From a virus (taxonomy: Duplodnaviria; Caudoviricetes), in the IMG/VR virus record IMGVR_UViG_3300021185_001467, positions 1-44,200 of that record: 44,200 bases of DNA; one strand, 5' to 3'. The translations under genes and the position numbers were made by a program. Shown one piece after another: positions 20,097 through 29,121 of this stretch. Each line of letters starts with the position of its first letter. The stretch's first letter is position 1. The notes under the pieces were generated by a model, which saw only the letters and a list, made by a program, of their open reading frames with translations, made no database searches and was not told the DNA's origin.

Positions 20097-22328
20097 TTAC
20101 TTTATTATCTGACTTCTTGAACCTGAATTTGTATATTTAGAAAACCCAAAGTCAAGTTTTTTTATTTTTCTTTCTGATGTAGATCGATATAAATGTTTTT
20201 GGCAAGCCATTATAGCTAGACCACTACTTATTGAAGCATCGTGCGCTGTTCGTTTTGATATGTCAAACTTTGCCCAATCTTCTAGGGTTCTTTGAAAATA
20301 CATATTTCCGTGCCCTTCGTCGTCTAGATTACCAACGTGCTGCTCTATATAAGATTCTATTGCAGCCGCATGAGCCTGTCTAATATCTTCAGAAGAGTTT
20401 GGTATACCACCTAACTCTAATTCTGTTTTAGATAATTTTATTTTACTTTTATCAGGGCGATTCATAGAGAAACCTCTATATCCCCTTCTCTTTAAATGGT
20501 ATAACAGCCTAGGCTTATTATTTTCCGCTAGTATAGGCATGCCGTAAAACACACAAGCCATTAATACATCTTCAAAAAATATCTCAGCTGTTTGTGGTCG
20601 AGCTATATATTCTAAAAAGAATTTACTATTAGGCACGTCGCTCGTCATGGTCCAAGTTGTTAATCCGTGAAGAGCGCCATTAGACCCGCCACCACCAACA
20701 GTACCACTAATGTCATAACTATCGCAGCCGAAGGCTCCAAGCCCGTCGTTACCAGCAAATTTAATACCATTGCTTGTTATTGTGTTATTTTGTAAAGAAA
20801 CAGGAGGTATCCAAGATATTCTAAATCTACCTGTTTTATTTGGCGTCCATAAAACTTCTGTATCTTTTATTCCATTCTTCCACGAGAAAGAACCGCGAGA
20901 CACGTAGCCGTTCATGGTCATTTCTTCGTTGTGATCAATTTGCTCATATATTTTAGTCAAATTGAATAACGAGTTTACTGTTTCATCTCTGAACGCGTGC
21001 TTTTCAGACCTTGGAAATTGCCTGTAGTATTCATTTAAAGCATCGCTATCATTTTTAAGACCTTCTACTTCATTGTTCCAATGATCGATAACTCCACCAA
21101 AAATCTGTTCGCCATCAATTCCCTCAATCGCTTCTGGTGGGGTGTCGAATACAGGATACCCGTACTTATCGATAAATCCTTCGTATCCCCATTCCATAGG
21201 TATGAACAAAGAATATAATCCACTTGCAGTCTGGCCATTGCGGTTTCTATTGTTGACATCTGAATTATAGTATAATTTTTTAAAGTTATCTCCTCCTTTG
21301 TCCAAAGCGTTTGATGTTGATCCCATCATACACTTGCCAACTATTTTTGATCCGAGTCGTAAACACGTTTTCGTAACCCTCCAGTTGTTGAGTATGTTGT
21401 CTGGTTTCTCCCATTTACCGGATTCATCGTGGACGAGTAATTGTAGTTTCTCCCCATCGTATGAGTTGTCCCCGGTATTCTTCCAGTCGATTGTTGTATC
21501 CAGCCCCTTCCCAAATTCCTCTGAGCTTGTTTTTTGTAATGAGTTTCTTGTAAGTCTTCTTGACGGTATCTTATAGGATAGCTCCGTCTTGGGACGTTCC
21601 ATTCCGTCTTGTATTGGTTTGAAAAAGAATGGGTAATTAATGGATATTGGTACCACCTTGTCTGTAAACATCTTTTTAGCATCGCTACCGCTTTTGGATA
21701 GTATACCAAATCTTGAGTCCTTTGATGTTGTTGCCTGGTTAACAGTTTCAGATGATGCCATGAATGAAAAACCTGAACGTCTGTTCTTAAGGTAGCACAT
21801 CCCGTAGGATCGTTTATCAGCCTTGCAGGCTTCCCAAAAGTAATAAAATATTCTGTTGGCCTGTCTAAAATCAGGTGCTCCAACATCAATCTTTGTCCAG
21901 TTGAGGTATATATAGTGCGACCCTGTAATGTAACACGGTTCCCCGTTGCACATGAACCAAAAGCCGTTGCTACGAGAATCAAACTCATTTTCAATATAAG
22001 CGTAGTATTGTTCTTTAACATCTTCGTCGTAATCTTTAAAATCAATTATATTTTTTATCTTTGTTAAAGATGCTGGCTTAGATATTTGATTAAATACTTG
22101 ATCCTCTTTTTTAAGGTCTTCACCTTGTATTTTTTTAGGAGTTTTAGGTATTCCTACCTTTAGACCTTGAATCTCGTATATATCACCCAATGTTCCATCT
22201 TTGCTTATTATAACGCAATCTAAGTTTTCGTTATACCCGTATTCAAACTTTTTATATTTGTTTAAATTCTTTATCTTTTTGTCAGATAAGTGATCCCTGT
22301 GTATTGTATATAAAGTTTGCTCGTACAT
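20097..22328 (-). CDS. terL: Terminase large subunit (743 aa)
   Basis: Walker A-like LKNRRSGFS, Walker B LLVHDESGKW, coupling motif MGSTSN, nuclease motifs FGCDSYD and HDASISSGLA. Confidence 0.92.
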   Translation of the reverse strand: MYEQTLYTIHRDHLSDKKIKNLNKYKKFEYGYNENLDCVIISKDGTLGDIYEIQGLKVGIPKTPKKIQGEDLKKEDQVFNQISKPASLTKIKNIIDFKDYDEDVKEQYYAYIENEFDSRSNGFWFMCNGEPCYITGSHYIYLNWTKIDVGAPDFRQANRIFYYFWEACKADKRSYGMCYLKNRRSGFSFMASSETVNQATTSKDSRFGILSKSGSDAKKMFTDKVVPISINYPFFFKPIQDGMERPKTELSYKIPSRRLTRNSLQKTSSEEFGKGLDTTIDWKNTGDNSYDGEKLQLLVHDESGKWEKPDNILNNWRVTKTCLRLGSKIVGKCMMGSTSNALDKGGDNFKKLYYNSDVNNRNRNGQTASGLYSLFIPMEWGYEGFIDKYGYPVFDTPPEAIEGIDGEQIFGGVIDHWNNEVEGLKNDSDALNEYYRQFPRSEKHAFRDETVNSLFNLTKIYEQIDHNEEMTMNGYVSRGSFSWKNGIKDTEVLWTPNKTGRFRISWIPPVSLQNNTITSNGIKFAGNDGLGAFGCDSYDISGTVGGGGSNGALHGLTTWTMTSDVPNSKFFLEYIARPQTAEIFFEDVLMACVFYGMPILAENNKPRLLYHLKRRGYRGFSMNRPDKSKIKLSKTELELGGIPNSSEDIRQAHAAAIESYIEQHVGNLDDEGHGNMYFQRTLEDWAKFDISKRTAHDASISSGLAIMACQKHLYRSTSERKIKKLDFGFSKYTNSGSRSQIIK
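21341..22021 (-). CDS. Candidate overprinted lipoprotein in the +1 frame of terL
   Basis: Frame open for 234 codons from TTG 22045. From ATG 22021 it reads MLKNNTTLILKMSLILVATAFGS-C, a signal peptide II-like sequence. Confidence 0.4.
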   Translation of the reverse strand: MLKNNTTLILKMSLILVATAFGSCATGNRVTLQGRTIYTSTGQRLMLEHLILDRPTEYFITFGKPARLINDPTGCATLRTDVQVFHSWHHLKLLTRQQHQRTQDLVYYPKAVAMLKRCLQTRWYQYPLITHSFSNQYKTEWNVPRRSYPIRYRQEDLQETHYKKQAQRNLGRGWIQQSTGRIPGTTHTMGRNYNYSSTMNPVNGRNQTTYSTTGGLRKRVYDSDQK

Positions 22329-22573
22329 TATTTAAGCCTGTCTTCTACGCCTATAAAAGCTTCTGATTTTACATTCGTGTTTTTCTTTTCATTTATCTCC
22401 TCTATTTTTTCAATTATCTTTAAGGAGTCCTCTATTGCAACCCATTTAGCTTGAGCTGCTGTTTTTGCTTTTTCAGGATCTAGTTCAACTAAATCTATTT
22501 TTTGTCTTATTACTTTATCTAGTTCAACCAAAGCTTGCTCAGCTGCTTGAACTACTCTTTTTCTCCGATCCAT
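22328..22573 (-). CDS. Small helical protein, possible terminase small subunit (81 aa)
   Basis: All-helical and charged; its stop overlaps the terL start. Confidence 0.45.
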   Translation of the reverse strand: MDRRKRVVQAAEQALVELDKVIRQKIDLVELDPEKAKTAAQAKWVAIEDSLKIIEKIEEINEKKNTNVKSEAFIGVEDRLK

Positions 22574-23132
22574 AGTTTATTGTAACTTGATTTGATAAAA
22601 TTCTATATAATTTTTGACCGTCTATTTCAAACTCGTATTCAGAATCCGGTGTGAAGCCCACTGTGTCGCCTTTGGCTAGCCCTAACGCAACCAATTCGTC
22701 GTTGCTATACACAAGCTCACCTTTTAATTTTTGCTCAATATCTGAGCTCCATTCATCGCTTTTAGCAATAGGCTTTACAAAACAATAATCATTTGGGCAA
22801 TGCCACTTACCATTTCTTTTGTAAGCAAAAATTTGATCTGAAGCTACAAAAAATTCGTTTTCTTTTAAAAAACTAGAACTATTCTTTTCATCGCCTCTTA
22901 TATCAATCCATCGCCTAAAAACGTTGTGATGTACTATTACTGCGTCACCTTTTTTAGGTGTTTTACTGGTCACTCCGTATGCAGGCTCACTTAATACTGT
23001 ACCGAGACGGTTAACAAACATGTAATCACGCTCAGTTGTTTCTGTATTAAGTATTAATTCTTTTTCGTTAATACTCTTTTTATTATTATAACGCGATTCA
23101 GTAGATATGATATAATTAAATAATGATTTCAT
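22539..23132 (-). CDS. Tandem double GroES-like protein (197 aa)
   Basis: Two GroES-type units: NYIIS..RLGTVLSEP..KKGDAVIVHH and DYCFVKP..KGELVY..AKGDTVGF..EFEIDGQKLYRILSNQV. Confidence 0.65.
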   Translation of the reverse strand: MKSLFNYIISTESRYNNKKSINEKELILNTETTERDYMFVNRLGTVLSEPAYGVTSKTPKKGDAVIVHHNVFRRWIDIRGDEKNSSSFLKENEFFVASDQIFAYKRNGKWHCPNDYCFVKPIAKSDEWSSDIEQKLKGELVYSNDELVALGLAKGDTVGFTPDSEYEFEIDGQKLYRILSNQVTINYGSEKKSSSSS

Positions 23133-23133
23133 T

Positions 23134-23355
23134 TTAGTAATCTAAATTGTATTCTAATGATACTGCCATGTTAGAGTTAAAAAACTTCCAAGGCAACACT
23201 TCTTTGTTTTTTGTAATATAAATTTTATAACCGCCCTCATCTTCTAGTATATCGCATATTTTATGACCGCCATATACTTCTTGACCAACGGAGTAGTGCA
23301 TTGCTTCGTTTTTATAATCCGTTCCAACGCTAATCTTTCTAATTAATTTTGCCAT
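23134..23355 (-). CDS. Hypothetical protein (73 aa)
   Basis: Coupled ORF with A-rich start; LIRKISVG.DYK..AMHY.VGQ. Confidence 0.7.
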   Translation of the reverse strand: MAKLIRKISVGTDYKNEAMHYSVGQEVYGGHKICDILEDEGGYKIYITKNKEVLPWKFFNSNMAVSLEYNLDY

Positions 23356-23365
23356 TTAATTTTAT

Positions 23366-23698
23366 TTAATATGTCCAAATTGAAGTAACGCGAGTTAAGT
23401 CTAATCCAAGATGTACAAAATTTGATTTTCTTGATATACCAATTCTTTTACAACCTAAGTTTATTGCTGCTTCTACTATTTCATAAACAGGTGTGCCACC
23501 AACAGCTACAACGTCAATAGCTAAACCTGTTGTATGTTCACCTGGACTTTTTTTCTTTGCTTCAATAGGATGATCTGGTGATCTATATCCAGAAGTAATT
23601 ATAAGCTCCGCACCAATAGCTTCTTCAAGACTATTTGCAAACTCTATCATTCTAGGATTTAAATCTTCTAAATTTACATTTGATTGCGATTTTTTCAT
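23366..23698 (-). CDS. Peptidase M15A-type endolysin (110 aa)
   Basis: ITSGYRS, H-TTGLAI-D and FV-H-L zinc-ligand pattern; adjacent to holin-like genes. Confidence 0.85.
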   Translation of the reverse strand: MKKSQSNVNLEDLNPRMIEFANSLEEAIGAELIITSGYRSPDHPIEAKKKSPGEHTTGLAIDVVAVGGTPVYEIVEAAINLGCKRIGISRKSNFVHLGLDLTRVTSIWTY

Positions 23699-23845
23699 TT
23701 ACTCTTTAAATTTTTTTATTATCATTAAAGTTGTATATATAATCGTAAGTACTAATACGATAGTCTGCAACGCCGGATTTAGGTTAGGCATTGTTGAAAA
23801 TAATAAAGCCCCTACATTAAGGCCAAATATCTTTAGGTCTTCCAT
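23699..23845 (-). CDS. Small membrane protein, holin-like (48 aa)
   Basis: Likely start is ATG 23845 (MEDLKIFG), 1 nt after the upstream stop. Two hydrophobic segments and a basic C-terminus. Confidence 0.55.
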   Translation of the reverse strand: MEDLKIFGLNVGALLFSTMPNLNPALQTIVLVLTIIYTTLMIIKKFKE

Positions 23846-23846
23846 G

Positions 23847-24260
23847 TTATTTATGTTTGCTGTTTCCAAATACTTTCTCAACACCACGAGATCCAAAATA
23901 ACCACCAATAACAATTGTTAGCAGTCCTGTAATAGAATCTAGCGGCAGCCCTAGGTACCACCCGGTAACATAGGATACAGTTAGGAAAACCAATACTAAA
24001 GGACGAACATTAGAAGCGAGCCAGGATCCTGACCTAGCATCTGCTACCCATCTTTTAGTTGTGCCATCAATTTCAGCACGTTCCATTTTTAATTTCTCAA
24101 GTGCTATTTCTTTATCGGCTTCGCTCATATCAGAACCGCCAATTATAGCCTGTATTACAGAGCCAACAGGAGTATCACCTGCTATAGCTCCAACGACGCT
24201 AGGAATTTTATCTAATAAAAACTTCCCAACGCCGGTATCTTTAAATTTTTTCTTACTCAT
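23847..24260 (-). CDS. Holin-like protein (3TM-holin type; 137 aa)
   Basis: RWVAD..SWLASNVRPLVLVFL...GGYFGSRGVEK with two C-terminal TM segments. Confidence 0.7.
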   Translation of the reverse strand: MSKKKFKDTGVGKFLLDKIPSVVGAIAGDTPVGSVIQAIIGGSDMSEADKEIALEKLKMERAEIDGTTKRWVADARSGSWLASNVRPLVLVFLTVSYVTGWYLGLPLDSITGLLTIVIGGYFGSRGVEKVFGNSKHK

Positions 24261-24263
24261 TAT

Positions 24264-26615
24264 TTATGCTATTGCTAGATATACGTATGTTCCTCCACTC
24301 GCATTTATTGAACTACCAACAACCGAAGTACCCATACTAAATCCTGTGTCTGAGAAACTTATATTTGTGGAAGACCCCCCCTCCGCTTCTGAATCGGGTA
24401 CATTTGCCCATAATATTTTAGAGTATGGGTCAGTAGTGTCCCTCTTTGAGTCAATAATTACCCAGTAATTACTAACATCTGTCCTTTTTATCATAACCCA
24501 ACTTGGTCTAAATCCTGTAGTAACAGTTTTACCTGAGCTGCCTCCTCCAGTATAACCACCCACCTTCTGGTAACCTGCAACAGAGTGGAAGCAGTATGCG
24601 ATTATACTCTGGCCGCTTGATCCAGATGATTCCCCTGTCGTTACAGACGCTGCTAGCCCAAAATTAGTTGACGACACGGATGGCCAAAATGAAAAAGCAA
24701 CTTCAGCACTGCTTAATGCCAAAGAGTTGTTTGGAGATGGAATGCCACTGTGGTATACTCTCCAGGCCGCCGTTGCTGAAGCGTTTTTTAATATAATCAT
24801 TTCAGGAGTGGAACTCAATCCGTGCCCAACAGTTTTGGCGCTAGCACCACTACCTGTACTTGTCCATTTAACAATACTAAAACCAGCATCTTGATTTGCA
24901 CTAACTTGACTTGTTATATTTCCGTCTGTATTGTTTACTGCATCTCCTCCACCTTTCCAACACCAAGCAACGTAATCCACATTGTTGCCATTATAAGCTG
25001 ATGCAGTTCCATCCAGTATAAACCCATTGCCTTCAAAACCTCTCATTTGAGATGTAACACCCGACTGTGCAGTAGAATTTGATTCCATCACTTCAGTGTC
25101 GCCTCTAACGGTGTCAAATAATTTATGACTAGCACTTACACCCCTGCTCTTTAACCAAACTAAATCTGGATAAAACCCTACACTTGAAACATAATTGCCG
25201 CTCGAACCTGTACCTGTGTACAATACAGTCTCAAAATTAGATGTATTAACCTCAGGCTTCTCATTGTATAAATTCTCTACCGCAGTAGCATCTAGTGCTG
25301 AATTAAATATTCTGACTTGGTCTATTGTGCCATCCCAAAATAATGCACCTGTTTCAGTGTATCTCCCTATATGTAAATTAAAGTTGTGAGATGTGTGGGG
25401 ATTTGTCATCGTTGTTGGAGCAATAACTTCTGTTCCATCAATATACATTGTAAACACATCTGTTGTACCACTTCTTGTCATTACAACATTGTGCCAATTA
25501 CCATCATCATAAGAGGCGGGGGTTGTTAGTTGTTGTGAATTAGAAGATGTATTTCCCTCATAATATCGTAGTTGCCCACCGCTTATTATAAACAAAAAGA
25601 AACCTGGTTGATTAGAACTCCCCTTAGTTGCAACTAAAGTTCTTGACGCGTTAACTGAACCATCTGTTTTAAACCATAAAGAAATTGACCATAAATTTGC
25701 AACTCCATCACCAGTCCCAAACATACTCTTGTTGGCTGTTATATAACTACTACTACCGTTAAATACCGCAGCTTGACCAAACCTACCAAACTCATAATTT
25801 ACATTTGTAGCTGTTCCGTCATAATTACCTTTTGCATCCTCTGCGTTATTATCTAACTTGTAGTATGCTGCATTAGTTACGGGATAATCATTATTATCTG
25901 TTGTAGATGTATAAACACAAGCAGTTTCTGCGTACAAAGTCGAAACTTCTGTAGAAGATAGTTCCTTAGTAAACATTCTTACTTGGTCTATTGAGCCTGT
26001 AAAATTAGTTGATTGCCCTGCTTGATAACCTATATACAAAGGTTCTGTTGAGGTTTTTAAACTTCTGTTTTGTGTAGAAAAAGTATTAGTTGCAACACCG
26101 TTTATATATTGCACTAAATTACCACCTTGAGCTCTTGTAATTGCAATATGTGTCCAAGCATTAATGGGAATTGTAGTTGTTCCTAACATTAAGGTGTCCC
26201 CTGCGGTCGTACCTTCAACCACGTACAAAACCCCATTTGTTGTAATAGTTGCTATCCAATTTCGTAAAGACGCTGATGTTCCCCACTTGTATATTAATTT
26301 ATTGTTATTTGTTAAATTGGAGGGGTTAACCCACATTGAAATAGAAAAATTACCAGAAGAAAAATTAAGAGGTGCGGTGGCGGTAGATGCTATTTGTATT
26401 CTACTACTATTACCATTAAACCCCGCGCCATAGTTTATCTGTCCATCTACTCCGAAAGTTACATCAGTAGGTACACCATCATAATTGCCGCTAGCATCTG
26501 AAGCATCGTAGTCTAATGAATAAAGAGCAACACCGCTACTGTCTGCAAATTTATCCGCTGTATCAGTTTTACAAGCGGGTGTTCCACCTATAAATAATTT
26601 TTTACCTAAACTCAT
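24264..26615 (-). CDS. Fibre/receptor-binding protein with two LamG (ConA-like) domains and C-terminal beta repeats (783 aa)
   Basis: FSISMWV..WTHIAIT..FTGSIDQVRMF and WSISLWFK..WHNVV..WDGTIDQVRIFN; then PDLVWLKSR, PEMIILKN and PSWVMIKR repeats. Confidence 0.85.
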   Translation of the reverse strand: MSLGKKLFIGGTPACKTDTADKFADSSGVALYSLDYDASDASGNYDGVPTDVTFGVDGQINYGAGFNGNSSRIQIASTATAPLNFSSGNFSISMWVNPSNLTNNNKLIYKWGTSASLRNWIATITTNGVLYVVEGTTAGDTLMLGTTTIPINAWTHIAITRAQGGNLVQYINGVATNTFSTQNRSLKTSTEPLYIGYQAGQSTNFTGSIDQVRMFTKELSSTEVSTLYAETACVYTSTTDNNDYPVTNAAYYKLDNNAEDAKGNYDGTATNVNYEFGRFGQAAVFNGSSSYITANKSMFGTGDGVANLWSISLWFKTDGSVNASRTLVATKGSSNQPGFFLFIISGGQLRYYEGNTSSNSQQLTTPASYDDGNWHNVVMTRSGTTDVFTMYIDGTEVIAPTTMTNPHTSHNFNLHIGRYTETGALFWDGTIDQVRIFNSALDATAVENLYNEKPEVNTSNFETVLYTGTGSSGNYVSSVGFYPDLVWLKSRGVSASHKLFDTVRGDTEVMESNSTAQSGVTSQMRGFEGNGFILDGTASAYNGNNVDYVAWCWKGGGDAVNNTDGNITSQVSANQDAGFSIVKWTSTGSGASAKTVGHGLSSTPEMIILKNASATAAWRVYHSGIPSPNNSLALSSAEVAFSFWPSVSSTNFGLAASVTTGESSGSSGQSIIAYCFHSVAGYQKVGGYTGGGSSGKTVTTGFRPSWVMIKRTDVSNYWVIIDSKRDTTDPYSKILWANVPDSEAEGGSSTNISFSDTGFSMGTSVVGSSINASGGTYVYLAIA

Positions 26616-27169
26616 ACTATTTCTTCGTCAGATGGAAAAAACTGTATGTTGTATTGTAAAACCTCTGCATAAGATTCAAAAGCGTTTACTTCAGCCTTCA
26701 ATCTATCAGCTTCTGTTATAATACCAGCTCTTTCTGTTACTACCTCTGTGTCAATGTCTATATTTCTTTCAGACTTTCTAATAACCTGCCAATCTGTAGG
26801 GCTTAGCATTTTTCCTGCTTGGCTATTAATATCTGCAATCTTGTTTGCTTTTATATCGGCAATCTTATATCTTTTTTCAGTTTCGCCAGTAGGCTCACCG
26901 TCTTCACCAATAACATCTATATCTTGATCAAAATCAATATCAGCAACGTCATAAGTTACAATACTATTTTCTGCGTCAAAATACAAGCCGCCTTTAGTTT
27001 GCGTTGATGAATTAAAACTAGGCTTAACAACATTATAGAAACCTATTGACTGTAAAGTTTCTTCACTTGCTTTTTTTAAGTTAAGTATCACACTGCCGTC
27101 ATCTTTTACAAATATAGATGGTAGCGTTTTGTATACGACAACTTGATTATTTTTTACCAGTGCTTTCAT
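26612..27169 (-). CDS. Fibre-associated/assembly chaperone-like protein (185 aa)
   Basis: LSPTDWQVIRKSE...ERAGI motif; overlaps the start of the LamG gene. Confidence 0.55.
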   Translation of the reverse strand: MKALVKNNQVVVYKTLPSIFVKDDGSVILNLKKASEETLQSIGFYNVVKPSFNSSTQTKGGLYFDAENSIVTYDVADIDFDQDIDVIGEDGEPTGETEKRYKIADIKANKIADINSQAGKMLSPTDWQVIRKSERNIDIDTEVVTERAGIITEADRLKAEVNAFESYAEVLQYNIQFFPSDEEIV

Positions 27170-27180
27170 AAATATTAATT

Positions 27181-27546
27181 TTAACTTGGTGTTGGATCTG
27201 AAACGTAAGTTCCAACCATATAATGATATACTTTAGCACCAGCTGTCTCGTCAGTGCACGCTATTTGAATTAAGTTTGTTGTTGACCCATCATAATCAAC
27301 CCCACCTATTTTATTAAAGGTAGAACCAGTTTCGCTAAATGTTATGGTAAAGTTTCCTGATATAATTACATCAACAGACTGACCCTGCTTTGCGTTGCTT
27401 AATGTTAAAGTAGCATTAGCGTTAGCAACGGCTTTGTATGTGCTTGCTGTAGAAAAGTTTATAGCAAACGCAGATCCCGTCCCAAGATCGGTTAAGCCTG
27501 TAAATTCAGCACTTAAATTTGAGTTTTTTATTGTTGTTCTAGCCAT
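27181..27546 (-). CDS. Small beta-rich structural protein (121 aa)
   Basis: Thr/Ser-rich beta pattern (ANATLTLSNAKQGQSVDVII) within the fibre cluster. Confidence 0.55.
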   Translation of the reverse strand: MARTTIKNSNLSAEFTGLTDLGTGSAFAINFSTASTYKAVANANATLTLSNAKQGQSVDVIISGNFTITFSETGSTFNKIGGVDYDGSTTNLIQIACTDETAGAKVYHYMVGTYVSDPTPS

Positions 27547-27556
27547 TGCTATTTTT

Positions 27557-27874
27557 TTATGGTTGTGTAGGTTTTATGTCTGGAAAATCATCTGTTGACG
27601 GCCAATCTCTTAGCTGCTGTCTATATGTAATCCAAGAGCTATAATTAGGAAAATCAGTTAAGGGCACAATATAATCTGTACTAGTTAGTTCAATGTTTCT
27701 CCATTCTTTAGCATTCATTTCTACAATTTCACTTTCAGAAGGCACTAAAGCTTCTTCTTCTTTTGGATGATATTGTTTTTTAACAAAAGAACCGTCGCTA
27801 TAAGTTTCTTTTATAATATCTCCTTCTTGCGGGGTTTGACCTGGATTTGAAATATTTGTGATTGTATAACTCAT
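27557..27874 (-). CDS. Tail fibre assembly chaperone-like protein (105 aa)
   Basis: WRNIELTSTDY...YRQQLRDWP...FP..KP motif. Confidence 0.7.
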   Translation of the reverse strand: MSYTITNISNPGQTPQEGDIIKETYSDGSFVKKQYHPKEEEALVPSESEIVEMNAKEWRNIELTSTDYIVPLTDFPNYSSWITYRQQLRDWPSTDDFPDIKPTQP

Positions 27875-27883
27875 AACTATTGA

Positions 27884-28573
27884 TTAAAATAATTTATATC
27901 CAACACCTGAGTATTGACCTAATCTTGTTGTAGCGTACCGCGCTTTTGTTTCCACCTTTAAGGTTTGATTAAATTTAACAGATGGAAATAATATTTGTTC
28001 TTCGGGGCTAGGCAAAGTGCCATAAAAATAAATATTTGAAGACTGGAAGCCTTTAGTCATTGCGGCATTTGCGTTTTGAGCAAAATTATAATACCCTCCA
28101 ACCGATTGGTTCGGTTGCGTAGTGCCAATTTGAGCATTAGTTGGCGATAAATAGCCTAAAAAAGCTCTATTTGAACCCAATGAGCTAGCTGTAATAGTGT
28201 CAATATCATCTATTTCATAAACAGTACCGTCCATTGTTATTTTAATACCTATAGCATTGTTATTTGTACCACTATACCAGCCAGTCCCACTTATCACATG
28301 ATGCAACAAACCTCCATTTGTATTATTAATGTCAACAACAGTCACATATTCTCCATAAGTGCCAGTAGACAAGTTGACGTAAGAATAATTATCGTCATAA
28401 AGATTCCAAAAAGCGGTAGCAGATGCAGCCTGTGTTGCCGTGTTGGAGGTTTTTAAATAAAGTCTCGCGCTTTCAATAGAAAGCCTGGGTAGTTCTAGCG
28501 GGCTAGTTAAAAAACCCCCACCTCCAGCTGCTCCGCCGGTGCTTAATTCGTTTGCTCCTAAATATATTCCCAT
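27884..28573 (-). CDS. Putative fibre tip/receptor-binding protein (229 aa)
   Basis: MGIYLG N-terminal peptide, GGAAGGGG linker, aromatic-rich beta domain; followed by a chaperone-like gene. Confidence 0.5.
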   Translation of the reverse strand: MGIYLGANELSTGGAAGGGGFLTSPLELPRLSIESARLYLKTSNTATQAASATAFWNLYDDNYSYVNLSTGTYGEYVTVVDINNTNGGLLHHVISGTGWYSGTNNNAIGIKITMDGTVYEIDDIDTITASSLGSNRAFLGYLSPTNAQIGTTQPNQSVGGYYNFAQNANAAMTKGFQSSNIYFYGTLPSPEEQILFPSVKFNQTLKVETKARYATTRLGQYSGVGYKLF

Positions 28574-28577
28574 GTTA

Positions 28578-28793
28578 CTAAGTTGTTATATAAAGTGTAG
28601 ACGCGTCATATGAGCTTAAAGCATCATATTCAGCTTGTGTTAATGTAACGACTTTAGCAATACTACTGTCTGTATTAGCATGGGTTACTGTTCCGCTAGC
28701 TATATTTGCGCCTGTTACTGTTCCACTAGCTATATTTGCGCTCGTTATTGTAGCACTTTTTATTATTGCTGATGTTACTTTTGTTAATGCCAT
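28578..28793 (-). CDS. Small fibre connector protein with 10-aa repeats (71 aa)
   Basis: MALTKV start, IASGTVTGAN/IASGTVTHAN repeats (30-bp DNA repeat at ~28684-28740), C-terminal LTQAEYDAL..YDASTLYIT. Confidence 0.65.
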   Translation of the reverse strand: MALTKVTSAIIKSATITSANIASGTVTGANIASGTVTHANTDSSIAKVVTLTQAEYDALSSYDASTLYITT

Positions 28794-28805
28794 AATTTAT
28801 TGTAA

Positions 28806-29120
28806 TTAATTATTCCAAGGCAAAGCTGTGTCTTCTGTTTGCTGCTGATCCCATAGTTTAAATTCTAAATTGCCAATTTTAGCTACAAATTCAGGACTCA
28901 TTTTAATCCAAGATATTATTTGATCTTCTGTTATATTATCGTATGGGGTGAAATCATTACCTTCTATTAAATAAGGGCTCGCTAATAAAATATCAAAATC
29001 ATCGCTCACTGTATTTCCGTCTTTTTCTAAAGACAGTGTAAATTTAACTTTAGTTGCAATATTCGCGTTGGTATCATCACTGCTTCTGCTTATTGATAAA
29101 ATATTTATTGTTTCTGTCAT
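28806..29120 (-). CDS. Fibre-associated small protein (104 aa)
   Basis: FTPYDNITEDQIISWIK motif and C-terminal LPW. Confidence 0.6.
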   Translation of the reverse strand: MTETINILSISRSSDDTNANIATKVKFTLSLEKDGNTVSDDFDILLASPYLIEGNDFTPYDNITEDQIISWIKMSPEFVAKIGNLEFKLWDQQQTEDTALPWNN

Positions 29121-29121
29121 T

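Noticed and set aside
21065-21340. Readthrough joining the 234-codon overprinted ORF to the 64-aa ORF in the same frame
   Set aside because: The TAG at 21341 is followed five codons later by a TGA, so single readthrough would not join them.
20097-22328. Intron or intein in terL (also considered for portal and MCP)
   Set aside because: The reading frames are continuous with ordinary lengths, and no splicing or homing-endonuclease motifs were seen.
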